From positions 1,100,802 through 1,164,801 of the forward strand of contig CAVQMO010000001.1 of NCBI GenBank assembly GCA_963713605.1: DNA of 64,000 nt, written 5' to 3'. Positions 23,727 through 34,809 of this stretch are shown here, piece by piece. Within the stretch, counting starts at the first letter, position 1; every line of letters starts with the position of its first letter. The notes below the pieces were generated by a model. That model made no database searches. It was not told where the DNA came from and worked only from the letters and a program-made list of their open reading frames with translations. The position numbers and the translations under genes are program-made. Source of the stretch: an uncultured Nitrososphaerales archaeon. GTDB lineage: Archaea; Thermoproteota; Nitrososphaeria; Nitrososphaerales; Nitrososphaeraceae.

Positions 23727-24336
23727 GGATTAATTGTTTGGCCGATTTATTGATTGATTGAATATCCTCCTCTCAGTTTTGAGTTCTATGAAGAATCTCA
23801 ATTGCTATAGAAGATCTCATATAGATGATGAATAGACATCTAGCCCTGACTGGAAAAACAAATTCATGAACAGATTGACCAGAATCCATAAACAGATTGA
23901 ACATTGTAGTCGCACAATCTAGATAAACGAGAACTTTAAATGCTCCTTCGGTGTACAGACATGACAGTAAGAATCCTGTTTGCAGTTTGACTGTTTTTAC
24001 TTCGTTTGATTGTTTGTCTTATTTTTTAACTACTATTAGGGTCCTATTCGCGCCATTTGTTGAACCCCAAAGAAGCTCATTCCCGATACCTATTTTTGCC
24101 AAAACCTAGGTGTTGCACATTATCTCACAACAAATGATTCACAAGGTGATGGATAATAATAACAATAGTTACAATTGTAAGGAGAGTTTTTCTTGTAGAA
24201 TGGACATTTCTAAGATCACAAATTTACCTGTGTTGCCTTAGCTAAATACCTTAATTAGATATATACCAACGTAACTTTCAGTAGTAACAGAAGGTTCACA
24301 TAAATATCTAGTTTTCAAGTTCTGTTTGATTCTAAT

Positions 24337-24630
24337 ATGAAATACAGAAGTAGAACCGAAATTGCAGGCCTAATCCTAGAGGCAGCAAATGGAGGAGGAG
24401 CTACAAAAACAAAAATAATGTACAAAGCATTCCTATCATTCGCTCAGCTTAGAGAATATCTTACTACACTGCAGGACAACGGACTAGTTGAATACGAAGG
24501 TGGGATGCAAACATACAGAACTACTGAAAAGGGAATGAGATTGTTGGACATCTATGAAAAGATGAATGAATTGGCACCACCACTTACTACGACGGCAGAG
24601 AACAGATTCGTCCACATTGGAGGTCGCTAA
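24337..24630 (+). CDS. Archaeal winged-helix transcription regulator
   Basis: MKYRSRTEI..IL, KTKIMYKAFLS..QL.EYL, YRTTEKG. Confidence 0.9.
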   Translation: MKYRSRTEIAGLILEAANGGGATKTKIMYKAFLSFAQLREYLTTLQDNGLVEYEGGMQTYRTTEKGMRLLDIYEKMNELAPPLTTTAENRFVHIGGR

Positions 24631-24632
24631 GA

Positions 24633-25634
24633 ATGAATCAAACAAGTGCAACAAGATCGCTAATGTTTGCAATTCTTGCGATGGGAATAGTCTTCTCTGT
24701 AAGCGGACTGGTTGTCGGACATTTCGTACAATCAGCTGATGCAACACATCCAAAACATAGAGAATCCAATGGTCGCGATGGTAACAGTAACACCAGCAAC
24801 AACCCTTCAGCATCTCAGAATTTAGGGACTAGCCCAAATGGTAACACTGGAATTGGTGATCTTGGTGTGGGTACCGGTACCGGTAGCGGTGGCGGCAGTG
24901 GCGGTTTGGGATCTGAGATGACAGCACAACAGCTCACTACGCCAGTAGGAGGAGCACAAGCAGCATCAACAAACGCAGCATGTGGACAAGTGGTAAGCGG
25001 AGTAGTAAATCTAACTGCAAATCTTAACTGCAGTGGAGATGGTATCATAGTAGGTGGTCCAAACACAGTAATTAACATGAATGGATTCTCAATCACAGGA
25101 CCTGGACAGGACAGCTCTAAAGTTGGGATTATGGTACCAAATGTTGATAATGTAGTAGTAAATGGACCTGGTTCACTCAGCAACTTCCAAGCAGGAGTAC
25201 TTCTTACTGGAGCAAATGGATTTACGATTAATTCTGTCATACTATCTAACAACCAGATAGGTACATTTATGACAGGAGCTGAAAATGCACAAGTAAAACA
25301 AAACATTATACAGGGTAATAGTATAGGTGTAGCATCTCACTCAAGTACAGGTGGTGCTATAGACTCAAACCTTATGAATGGCAACTTGCTAGCAGGAATA
25401 ACATTTGTCAACACACAACAGTCCAGTGTAGGAATGAACAATGTAGTTGGAAGTCAGAATGGAGTATTTCTAGATGGACAGAGCAAACAGAATACAATAT
25501 CAGCAAATAACGTACTTGAGAATGTAATTGACCTTAACAATGCAAACGGACTACCAACAAACATCAACGCAAATCAATATGTGGACAACAGCTGTCAGAC
25601 AAGTAATCCAAGTGGTCTGTGTATAGGAAGGTAG
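24633..25634 (+). CDS. Secreted right-handed beta-helix (NosD/pectin-lyase-like) protein
   Basis: Signal peptide, Gly/Ser linker, CG..V...V.LTANLNC, repeated N..GI/N.I..N coils; starts 2 nt after the regulator. Confidence 0.88.
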   Translation: MNQTSATRSLMFAILAMGIVFSVSGLVVGHFVQSADATHPKHRESNGRDGNSNTSNNPSASQNLGTSPNGNTGIGDLGVGTGTGSGGGSGGLGSEMTAQQLTTPVGGAQAASTNAACGQVVSGVVNLTANLNCSGDGIIVGGPNTVINMNGFSITGPGQDSSKVGIMVPNVDNVVVNGPGSLSNFQAGVLLTGANGFTINSVILSNNQIGTFMTGAENAQVKQNIIQGNSIGVASHSSTGGAIDSNLMNGNLLAGITFVNTQQSSVGMNNVVGSQNGVFLDGQSKQNTISANNVLENVIDLNNANGLPTNINANQYVDNSCQTSNPSGLCIGR

Positions 25635-26205
25635 TAAAGAGACCCAAAAAAACATACTTTTTTTCTTCTTTTTGTCAAGTCGTCAGAATGCTTATTTGAT
25701 CAGGTCTTTAAAATTCCATCTCAATTATAAAGAACAATAGGACACTCAACGAGCAACACACAACAACAGTGTTACTAGTAAAACCATTGAATTCTTCTCA
25801 ATTGATCTACTCTACTACTCATTAATTCAATTTGGGAATTACTCATTCACCATTTAAGAAGGTATTTCATGAATCCACAGGCATTTAGTACAACTCACCA
25901 AGTTCAGGTACATTCCAAATAGTGCTTGTAACAAAATAATATCAATTGAATTGAGTCTGACAGTATTGAAGTAAATTGGTAATATTTTTCGAGGAGATTT
26001 CTTTCGAGACACATTGCAAAATCCTAATTCAAATGAATACAACCAAATATCATCGAATGCTATTCAATATTGCATTTGTTAAATTAATTAGTGATTCTGA
26101 ACAGATTATTTGATACATGTAAAGCGAACCATTATTCATGCTTCCATATGTAACGTAAGTTAAGGGGATCCTTTATATTCTTCTTCTGCCCATATTATAT
26201 CCTTT

Positions 26206-27156
26206 ATGCTTTCTGCCACGAAAAATGCAAACAAGTATGGTAGCAAGAATCGGAATGACCTATTGGTAAGCTTCAAGGGAGTTAAATATGGAGCTTTTGC
26301 TGGTTTTGTAGCAACCTGGTCTATTTCCTCAGTGATCGTCTTAACTGAATTATTACTGGGGCTGAATATAGGTGCATTCTACTCGGTCATGGGAATTAGT
26401 TTAGGTATAAATGATATTACGGCCGCAACTTCGATAGCTTTTGGTCTTCACCTCATAGTCGGGACCATAATAGGAGCAGTGTTTGGTGCAATAGGGATCA
26501 GGTGGAAAAAAATACGTATGCTCAATCCGTACAAATCCTCGTTAGTTGGCATGGGAGCAGGTATCATACTCTGGCTCGTTTTGTTTTTGCCAATAACTTT
26601 ATTCCTGGTGCAACCAGCTATTAATTCCATTACTACCATATTGGCTATTGGATCGCAGCAGGCAGTATTTTCTGAAGACGTGAACCTGTCTATTAGAAAT
26701 ATCTCATTAGTTGCACTTTCATTTCATCTAATATGGGGCGCTATTTTTGGAATCATAGTCAGCTCTTTACTAAGAATCAGAGTTTTCAAAATAAAACAGC
26801 ATTATAACGATATTATTAACATAGATCCAAATATTAGGTTGGTTAACATTAGCGATTCGGAGGGTAAAACAATGTATTCTCGTCATGGTGAAGGTGTAAA
26901 AAATCTACTTACTGCAGATGAGAGCAAAAAATCCATTGAGATGGCTATGACCGGATGGAGAGTAAGGAGTGAGCTTTCCCACAAAATAGGAAGGGGAAGA
27001 TATGTCATCGCAGAGTATGAAAAAATCAAGCGAATCACCATGCCATTTGGAGAAGATTATCTTCTTTATCTAACCACAGAACCACAGGCCAATCATTTAA
27101 ACATTATAAATAGAATTCGCAAATTAGAGGCAGGATTAAACTATTCCTTCGGCTGA
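26206..27156 (+). CDS. Membrane protein fused to a C-terminal roadblock-like (DUF6659-type) domain
   Basis: About four TM helices with HL..GxIxG twice, then IDPNIR...L...E....KIG...YVIAEYEKIKRITMP. Confidence 0.75.
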   Translation: MLSATKNANKYGSKNRNDLLVSFKGVKYGAFAGFVATWSISSVIVLTELLLGLNIGAFYSVMGISLGINDITAATSIAFGLHLIVGTIIGAVFGAIGIRWKKIRMLNPYKSSLVGMGAGIILWLVLFLPITLFLVQPAINSITTILAIGSQQAVFSEDVNLSIRNISLVALSFHLIWGAIFGIIVSSLLRIRVFKIKQHYNDIINIDPNIRLVNISDSEGKTMYSRHGEGVKNLLTADESKKSIEMAMTGWRVRSELSHKIGRGRYVIAEYEKIKRITMPFGEDYLLYLTTEPQANHLNIINRIRKLEAGLNYSFG

Positions 27157-27533
27157 CTAGTGAGCACTGATTTTTCGTGAACTGTGCTAATTATGCGCGC
27201 CAATAACAAAAGGGTAAAAAAAGTCTGTAGCAACTGTAGTAAGATATGATGGATATTTTAGCACATTCCATGAATGACTGAGAATTAGAAAAGGAAACAT
27301 TCCTGCGACTATTATTACAGCAAGGATCTTGCTAAACGAGAGTCGTACAAGTATTTCAGATGTAATGATAATACCATCATTTAAATCGGTTGGCGTGTGT
27401 GATCATCAATAGCATGCTAGAATCTTACTTAATATACTGTTTCAAGTAACATCAAGGAAAAGCTTCTAACAATACTCACACTTAGGATAAACAAAAAATT
27501 TTTTTAGTGGTGATACTTGCTGAAGAAATTGTA

Positions 27534-27977
27534 CTATAGGAATCGAAAATCCTCTTTTACGGTGATAAGTCCCGTATGACTATTTGTTCTTTCAATAGCA
27601 GGAAGGGCTAACTCTCTTTTGACAAATTGGCTAAGTTCTTTGCGATTTCGAAATTTGGCTACAATTATCATATCTGTAAGTCCTGTGATGTCGTATACTG
27701 CGCACACGTTTGGTAATTTAGAAATTGCTTTTTCGACTTCCATTATTTTTCCTTTAAGTGCTGTAACTTCTATTATTGCTGTCAAATCGTAGCCTAATTT
27801 CTCATGGTCGACTATAGCAGAATAGGATTTGATTATTTGATGGTCTTGGAGTCTATTTATTCGAGAAAGCACAGTTGGTGCAGAAACCCCTATCTGATCG
27901 GCTATGTTTCTATACGAAAGTTTCGCATCAAGAAGAACTTTTTTTAATATCTTTGCGTCTGTCTCGTCAATATTCAA
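27534..27977 (-). CDS. Lrp/AsnC transcriptional regulator
   Basis: IDETDAKIL, HTH (YRNIADQIGVSAPTV), VYDITG..D. Confidence 0.95.
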   Translation of the reverse strand: MNIDETDAKILKKVLLDAKLSYRNIADQIGVSAPTVLSRINRLQDHQIIKSYSAIVDHEKLGYDLTAIIEVTALKGKIMEVEKAISKLPNVCAVYDITGLTDMIIVAKFRNRKELSQFVKRELALPAIERTNSHTGLITVKEDFRFL

Positions 27978-28268
27978 TTGATTTCCCTTAACTACTTTTC
28001 AAAATGGAAGTCTGTGATAAACCTTATTGTGTTCTTTTACTTTTGGCAGAAACATATTAACATAACCTTCAGTGGAACTGGCAATGGCATATATGCCATA
28101 TTTCATCTATCTTAGCTTAGGATCAGTTTACAGATGCAAGAGGCAGTAAGTAGGTTCAAAGAGAGTAACCAGTCGACATTTTTCATCTTGATAATTCTTG
28201 ATTCTCTGCAATTCAGAGCACCTAGGTCTCAAATTTATCCGTTTGGATAAGTTTTCAGATATACGTTA

Positions 28269-28484
28269 TCAAGAAACAGACTTAGTTTTGCTTAATAGTT
28301 TCCTTCTTAGCTTTGCATCGTGTGTTTTTATTCTTAAAGCCGTACCACAGCAGGGACATCTTGACCCATTATCCCATCTTATAAAAACCTCACATTCGGT
28401 ACATCGTCTTACACCATTCTCATAGAATGAAGCGTGAAACGACTTCTTTGCCTTATACTCGATGCAAATATTTCTACAGGACAT
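28269..28484 (-). CDS. Small zinc-finger protein
   Basis: CRNIC, RCTECE, CPCCG. Confidence 0.8.
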   Translation of the reverse strand: MSCRNICIEYKAKKSFHASFYENGVRRCTECEVFIRWDNGSRCPCCGTALRIKTHDAKLRRKLLSKTKSVS

Positions 28485-28723
28485 ACTATCTCAACCTAAA
28501 TCAATTCATCAACACAATTAGTTAATTTCCCAACCATATCGTACATCAAACTCATTTGCTGCAACATTTTGAATGTCATTTGGTTGACTAAAAGTTTCTC
28601 TCATTGATATAGATTCGGAATTTGTTTCTAATAATCTGCATGTTAACAATTTGATGTTTCCCATATTAAGAACAAAAGCTGGGGAATTGCTCATCTCTGA
28701 TTCTCACATGCTGGTTTGTCTAC

Positions 28724-28912
28724 CTAGACACTTCTGATGTTTGGAACGAGCACAGATTTAACTTGCTTGAACACGCATGGTGGTATTGACTTGTCTTTAA
28801 TCTTGCAGGCTGTAAAGTGCCATCCAACTTCAAGAGCTAAGTAGCTAACAGCAAAGCCAAGTCCTACATATACGAGCAAATTCAGATTTTCAAACATTTT
28901 ATTCGTGTACAA
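28724..28912 (-). CDS. Small single-TM protein
   Basis: One TM then LEVGWHFTACKI; start uncertain. Confidence 0.6.
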   Translation of the reverse strand: MYTNKMFENLNLLVYVGLGFAVSYLALEVGWHFTACKIKDKSIPPCVFKQVKSVLVPNIRSV

Positions 28913-29140
28913 CAGATTTGTATTATATAAAGGTCTTTCTTCCAGAATTTAACACTTGGCATGTAACACAATCTCATACTTAATACATGTTAAGATCTTC
29001 ATTAAAATCATGGATGCCTCCTTATCGGTTGTAAAGAGGGACATTTTGTTGTTAGTACTAATAAATAATATCCTGGAACATCCCTAAAAAAATTTAATTG
29101 TTTAACCCTGGAAAAATTTAATTGTTTAACTTAGTGCTCC

Positions 29141-29890
29141 CTAAACTCTTAAAAACTGATATACCTGATATTTGTGTTTAGCATCTGAGCGAGATGGATA
29201 CTTCCATTTAATTAAATCTAATTTCACTTTGACAAATTTACACCTTTCTAAAAACTCTTTGGAGTCAACTGACGATAGTAAAATATTATGAATTTGCTCG
29301 CCTACTAAGACTTGGTTTGGTTTTGCGATAGAGGTTATCTTGGAGGCCATACTTATGCTTGAACCTACTATGTCCACATGTGATCTTATGAAACTCCTTC
29401 CATAAACCACCACAAGAGTCTTCCCATAACTTAATCCAACTTTTACCGTGATCTCAGGTAATCCAGACATTTTGAACGCTGGATTGATTACTTGAGTTAT
29501 AATTTCAAGTATCGCTGTTGAACAGTTTAACGCATTTCTGCACGCCAGCGCTTCATCGTACATGGCTGGAAACAAGATAATAACAGCATCACCTTCGTAC
29601 TTGAATACATAGCCATCATAACCAAATACGATATTACTTATCTCTTGAGCAAAAACCTGGACCATTAAGGCGAATTTATTATCTTCAAGAGACAAGCTCA
29701 ACTCCGTTGAATTGTTGATATCAACAAACATTATGACAAGATTCGTTTTGGTATTGACTTGTCGCCTCAATAACTTCGCGCAGTCTTGAGTTGACATATC
29801 AAGTTGAAGGCCGTCCTGAAGGGTTTTGGCCACTCTTGCACGAATTTCGGATAAATCTAGACTAGTGATATTAATTGAATTTTGAACCAT
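29141..29890 (-). CDS. Class III adenylate/guanylate cyclase, stand-alone
   Basis: MFVDINNST, FKYEGDAV, KVGLSYG, DIVGSSISMASKI. Confidence 0.92.
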   Translation of the reverse strand: MVQNSINITSLDLSEIRARVAKTLQDGLQLDMSTQDCAKLLRRQVNTKTNLVIMFVDINNSTELSLSLEDNKFALMVQVFAQEISNIVFGYDGYVFKYEGDAVIILFPAMYDEALACRNALNCSTAILEIITQVINPAFKMSGLPEITVKVGLSYGKTLVVVYGRSFIRSHVDIVGSSISMASKITSIAKPNQVLVGEQIHNILLSSVDSKEFLERCKFVKVKLDLIKWKYPSRSDAKHKYQVYQFLRV

Positions 29891-30255
29891 GATTCAATTC
29901 CATATGGTAAGTAATTAATAGGCTTTGATAGACCAATAGGATTACTGCACCAATATGAATTCGATCTCTGCGTTTTCAAATCTAACCTTATACTAGGCAA
30001 TTTAGTATACCTGCGTGATTTTTCTAGTAACCATGTCTGCTGCTACTACTACTATGTTTACAATTCTCGTCTCAATCTTTGATTCCAAATACAAAAATAT
30101 AATCTTATTGATAATATGATGTCGTTCTTTACATAAACCTATTATTCTTTGTATTTATTTCATGGAGTGATAATTCGGTTATGGGGAAGATAAATTAAAA
30201 ATTCTCATTTACGTATTTGAATTATATAAAAAAAGGATTGGGGCGCGCAGTCGTC

Positions 30256-30957
30256 CTATTGCAATACTTCCACAGTACCTGTCATCCAGGGATGTAAAAC
30301 GCACAGATAATTATATGTGCCTGGCTTTTCAAAAGTCGCCGTAAACGTATTCCCTGTACCAGGATATTGTTTTTCTAACCCTTCAGGGAGGAACCATCCA
30401 GAATTAACATACATCTCATCTCCTGCAAAAGAGTAGTTTGCATTTGGATTCATAGATTGCACTCTGTCTTGCGAATCAATTGCAACCGGGTTATACGTTC
30501 TCGAGTTTATCGCCAAAAGTGTGTTCTTTCCACCTTCGCCTGGAATCAAAATTGGCCCATTGTTAGAGCCAGGTGGAATAGCATTAAATTCTGTCGTGTT
30601 AGAGACAGCAAGCGGAGAAACCACACCTGCAAACGTGCTGTTATCTAATACGAAAGTAACTGTGTGCGGTTCTGCCGCTCTTAAGGTCGGATTGTACCAG
30701 GCGACAGAATCTCCGGCATTGATCGATACCTTTTGAGGAAGGAACACAGTCCACGGAGCCGACGCATTTCCACCACCAGCTGCTACCTTGACTATTTTAT
30801 TTTGTGCTAAGGTTGCGTTAGAGGTCATGCCGCTCCTGACGGTAAACATTACAAGAGCCATCATACATCCCATACTAATTATGCCAAAAAACATTCGATT
30901 ACGAACCATTTGTTCTATTAGCAAGGTCAGTAAAATATAAACATCTCGAATCATCAC
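30256..30957 (-). CDS. Cupredoxin with internal insertion, secreted
   Basis: EPHTVTF and YLCVLHPWM copper ligands. Confidence 0.9.
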   Translation of the reverse strand: MMIRDVYILLTLLIEQMVRNRMFFGIISMGCMMALVMFTVRSGMTSNATLAQNKIVKVAAGGGNASAPWTVFLPQKVSINAGDSVAWYNPTLRAAEPHTVTFVLDNSTFAGVVSPLAVSNTTEFNAIPPGSNNGPILIPGEGGKNTLLAINSRTYNPVAIDSQDRVQSMNPNANYSFAGDEMYVNSGWFLPEGLEKQYPGTGNTFTATFEKPGTYNYLCVLHPWMTGTVEVLQ

Positions 30958-31208
30958 TGATTCGATTCAGGATACAAGATATGAAGTAGAAAATAATCAA
31001 TTCACGTCAGGTTTAGAACCCGCACTACGCTACTAAGGATTAGACTCAACAAACCATTCCAAAGTTAGAGGCGACCCAATTCTGTATGAAAGCTGCCTGA
31101 TCATGTCGTGCCAGAAAATTATCCCAATCTCCTCAACAAGAGTAATCGGTTACAAATGGTAAGTTAGAGGATGAACCAATTTGAACTATCTACATAGCTA
31201 GCTAGCCA

Positions 31209-32455
31209 TTATTGGGAAGAGAGGGAAGGCGGCGGTGGTCTTTCTCCCATCACAGCATCTAAATCAAGCTCAGTCCCATTTCTGAATACCTTTAGCACTA
31301 TTTTTTCTCCGGGCAAAGTATTCCTTTCAAGAAAAGACACTAATTGTTCAAATTCAGTAATCTTCTCTCCATTGATCCCTACTATTACATCGCCGCCATG
31401 CTTTTTACCATACTGATCGGTTGTAGTTCCACGCAGACTTGCGTTATCAGAAGGCCCTCCTTTTGCAATTGTATTTACAACTACTCCCTTCACATCCGGT
31501 GTGATATTTTCTATATTTGTTGCTAGATCCGATGTAAGGGTGGTTCCAGTCAGTCCTAAATATGGATGGGTGTAGTTGCCTTTTTCAATTAACGTTGGCA
31601 CTATATGTTCAATTAGATTCATTGGTATCGCAAAACCTAGACCTTGCGACAGTGCACAAAGTTTACTCCTACTACCTCCCCTTGTGTATTCAGCAGAGGA
31701 CCACCAGAGTTGCCCGGATTTATAGCAGCATCTGTTTGGATCACGTCGGGAACAGAATACTGAACTTCAGGGGCTGGAACTAATCTACCTACCTGACTCA
31801 CTATTCCCGTTGTCATTGTGCCTGCGAGGCCATAGGGATTGCCTATAGCGATGACCTGGTCACCCACACTTAAGGTGGAAGAATTCCCTACTGGGAGGGG
31901 CTTTAGTTGCGATAGATCAATTGTATTATTTTGAGTTTTAATAATTTTCAAAACTGCCACATCAATATACGGATCCACGGCCGTCACATTTGCTCTCAAC
32001 CTGTCCCCATTTGTAAAAGTCACATCAACAATCTTGGCATCGCCAACTACATGCCTGTTAGTAATAATGTGTCCTTGGTTGTCAATTAGGAAGCCCGAAC
32101 CTAACGCAGTTCTATTTTCCTGCGATGGGTCAACTGCTATGCCGGTTTGTGGGACCGTCCTAGTTATCTGTACCACAGAGTCCTGTGTCTGTTTGAAGAT
32201 CTTGTTCAGCATATTTCCAGACGTTTCTGTTAAAGGCGGAACTACCAAGGAGGAATTGTTATCTATTGCTTGCAAGTTGGAACCGTTGTTCACAGTCCCA
32301 TTTTGTCCTGCAACCTGCATTTGCAATTTCATTGGTGTTGTTGTGTTCTGATACTCAGTAGAATAAACGGTGCTTGTTTTCTCAGAGTTGAAAGAAAACA
32401 ATAGTCCACAAGAAAATAAGACAATTCCTACTAACAGTAATATCGAGGGTATCAA
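31209..32455 (-). CDS. HtrA-like serine protease with one PDZ, frameshift near 31650
   Basis: GSGF, TNRHV, QTDAAINPGNSGGPL; GLGFAIP and PDZ continue in 31209..31622. Confidence 0.92.
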
Positions 32456-32804
32456 TTAGGCTTTCGTCAGTTCTTTTTTTCTGTGTCATATTTATTATCG
32501 TTGCCCTTCACGAGGCGGTTAGAATGTCGGCACATATCATTTGTTTGGTTAAGCTCTACTACTGTGTAAGTAAAGTTCAGCAATCAAGATGGAGTTTTCA
32601 GCAACAATGGTGACATTGTTGAGAGTGATTTTCTAGCCTGTGACTTCGATGGCTGCTAAATCATTTAGGTAATTTTCATTTCTAGTCATATCAACTTCAC
32701 TGTGGTATCTCTGTTACACTGGTCAAGAACTTGAGCATAAATCCCGCTTACATCAACCACTCCTTCCACATACAAATATAGCAAAGCCGTGCTACCTTGC
32801 ACTT

Positions 32805-33521
32805 ATGGTTATGCGGGCTATTATTTTTGATATGGATGGTGTTTTGGTGGACACTATGCCGTCGCATTTTAAAGCCATGAGAGGAGCGGTCGCGGAGTTT
32901 ACAGGAATTGATTTGGACGAGAGGACATTCTATTTACTTGAAGGAATGCCCATAAAGGAAATGGCACATAAAATACTTGAACGTAGGGGTTTTGAGGTCA
33001 AGAAAGAACAGACTAATTTGGCTGCTCTTGAAGAGATGATAGGCGCAAGAAAGAAGCAAAACTTTATGGAGATGAAGCAGATTCCTAAACCATTTATGGG
33101 CGTTCGAAAGTTAATACTACAAGGCCTAGAAAAAAGCTGTTTAAAGGCGGTTGTAACCGGTTCATCTAAGCAAGAGCTGGATATTATTTTGGATAAGAAC
33201 TTTGGAACGAATGTGTTCTCTGTTATGGTAAATGGCGACGAATTCGAAGGAAAAGGCAAACCTGATCCTGCCCCATACCTGACTGCTCTAAGCAGGCTCA
33301 AAGTGCCTGCTGCTAACGCTCTAATAATTGAGAATGCTCCCTTGGGGGTACAAGCAGCCAAGAGACTGGAGCGAAATGCATTGTTGGTACTGAACGCTTC
33401 ACCACTCACAGTTGATGATTTCAGAGGATTAATTGATAACAAGAAGGACATATTTCGGGATATAAATGAAGCAAGCAGCTATCTGATGGATTGGTGTACT
33501 GCTAGTACTAAGCAGTCCTGA
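32805..33521 (+). CDS. HAD-superfamily phosphatase (beta-PGM-like)
   Basis: IFDMDGVLVD, VVTGS, GKPDPAPY, IENAPLGVQAA. Confidence 0.93.
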   Translation: MVMRAIIFDMDGVLVDTMPSHFKAMRGAVAEFTGIDLDERTFYLLEGMPIKEMAHKILERRGFEVKKEQTNLAALEEMIGARKKQNFMEMKQIPKPFMGVRKLILQGLEKSCLKAVVTGSSKQELDIILDKNFGTNVFSVMVNGDEFEGKGKPDPAPYLTALSRLKVPAANALIIENAPLGVQAAKRLERNALLVLNASPLTVDDFRGLIDNKKDIFRDINEASSYLMDWCTASTKQS

Positions 33522-34180
33522 GCAATGCAGTTTATTGGAAGATTCTTTGATAATGACAACAGGTCTTTGGGGCGGGTATTATAACTCCTTCTTCCACTGT
33601 TATCTTAAGGCCAATTAATGTTATTGTGTTCTAAAACAAATAACTGAAAGAGGACCAGCTCGTTCTGAGAGAGGGATCCAATTTGAGCTCGACTTTAATC
33701 AGTGAGTCCTATCAAAAAGATTGATCATGTTAACGATCCAGATCGGATCGTCGGTGATGTGTCATCGGAATTTAGAACCACGGAACCATTCAAATGGGCC
33801 AAACCGATGATAGATAGATAATAGCCTAGGTGCTTGTTCGTAATAATTATGGGCTGACACCATAGAATCCTCTCCTTGAGTATACTAATTCGTTTGTATG
33901 GGTTCGCTTATTTTCAGATCTGTCTGTGGACATTAATATTTCGTTTCCCATCATCAACCAGCGAGCCTAACACCTAGTTTTCCCAGGATTGTTATTTTTA
34001 TCCGACACCGTACCTTTTCGAGTACCGGCTACGTGAATATACTCCGCGAATCCTTGCAAAAGGATTCAGACTCGTGCGGATGACAAACAAAATCCACTAA
34101 GGTATCATCCGAGCATAGCGAAAAGCAATCTCCCCTTTTAATCAACTTTTTATAGTCGGCACTATAGGATGGGACTATAA

Positions 34181-34751
34181 ATGAATAAGAGTATATTCGT
34201 AGCGATGATTGTAGGAGTCATTATCGGGTACTCTGATAGACTCAACTGTAGTGGCAGGATATGCACAACCTTCCCTCCCTTCTGGAGAGCAGCTACGGCT
34301 AATCGAAGAATCTAGACCTTCACTGCCTTCAGGGGAGCAGGAAAGACTAATTGCGGAACTTGTTAAAGGAGGAAGCTTCCTAATGCCAATTGAGGATACA
34401 AGAAAAGTGCTGGTGTCTTCAGAAGGTGCACCTATCGCTACTTCCGATGAGAATGTATACATTGCGTGGTGGATAAATGAGACAGGTAACGACGAAGTAA
34501 TGTTTAGATCGTCCAATAATGGAGGCTCAATATTTAGTGACAAAATGAACCTAAGCAACAGTACTGATACTGATTCACAAGATGTAGAAATAGATGCAGA
34601 AGGTGACAACGTAGCGGTAACATGGTGGGAACGCAATTCAACACAAAATGAACCTATGGCTAGAATGAGTACAGATAATGGTCAAACCTTTGGGTCTTTG
34701 CTGAATCTTGCTGCAAATGGAACTATTAGCAGTGGAGAACATACGCAATGA
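34181..34751 (+). CDS. Secreted BNR/sialidase-like repeat protein; frameshift in the signal region
   Basis: ATG 34181 starts MNKSIFVAMIVGVIIG; NVYIAWW...EVMFRSSNNGGSIF..NLSN; PSLPSGEQ twice. Confidence 0.8.
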
Positions 34752-34809
34752 CTCGACATAACAAACAAGAATGCAATAGTAGTAGTATCACTATTGACCT
34801 ATCGAGGCT

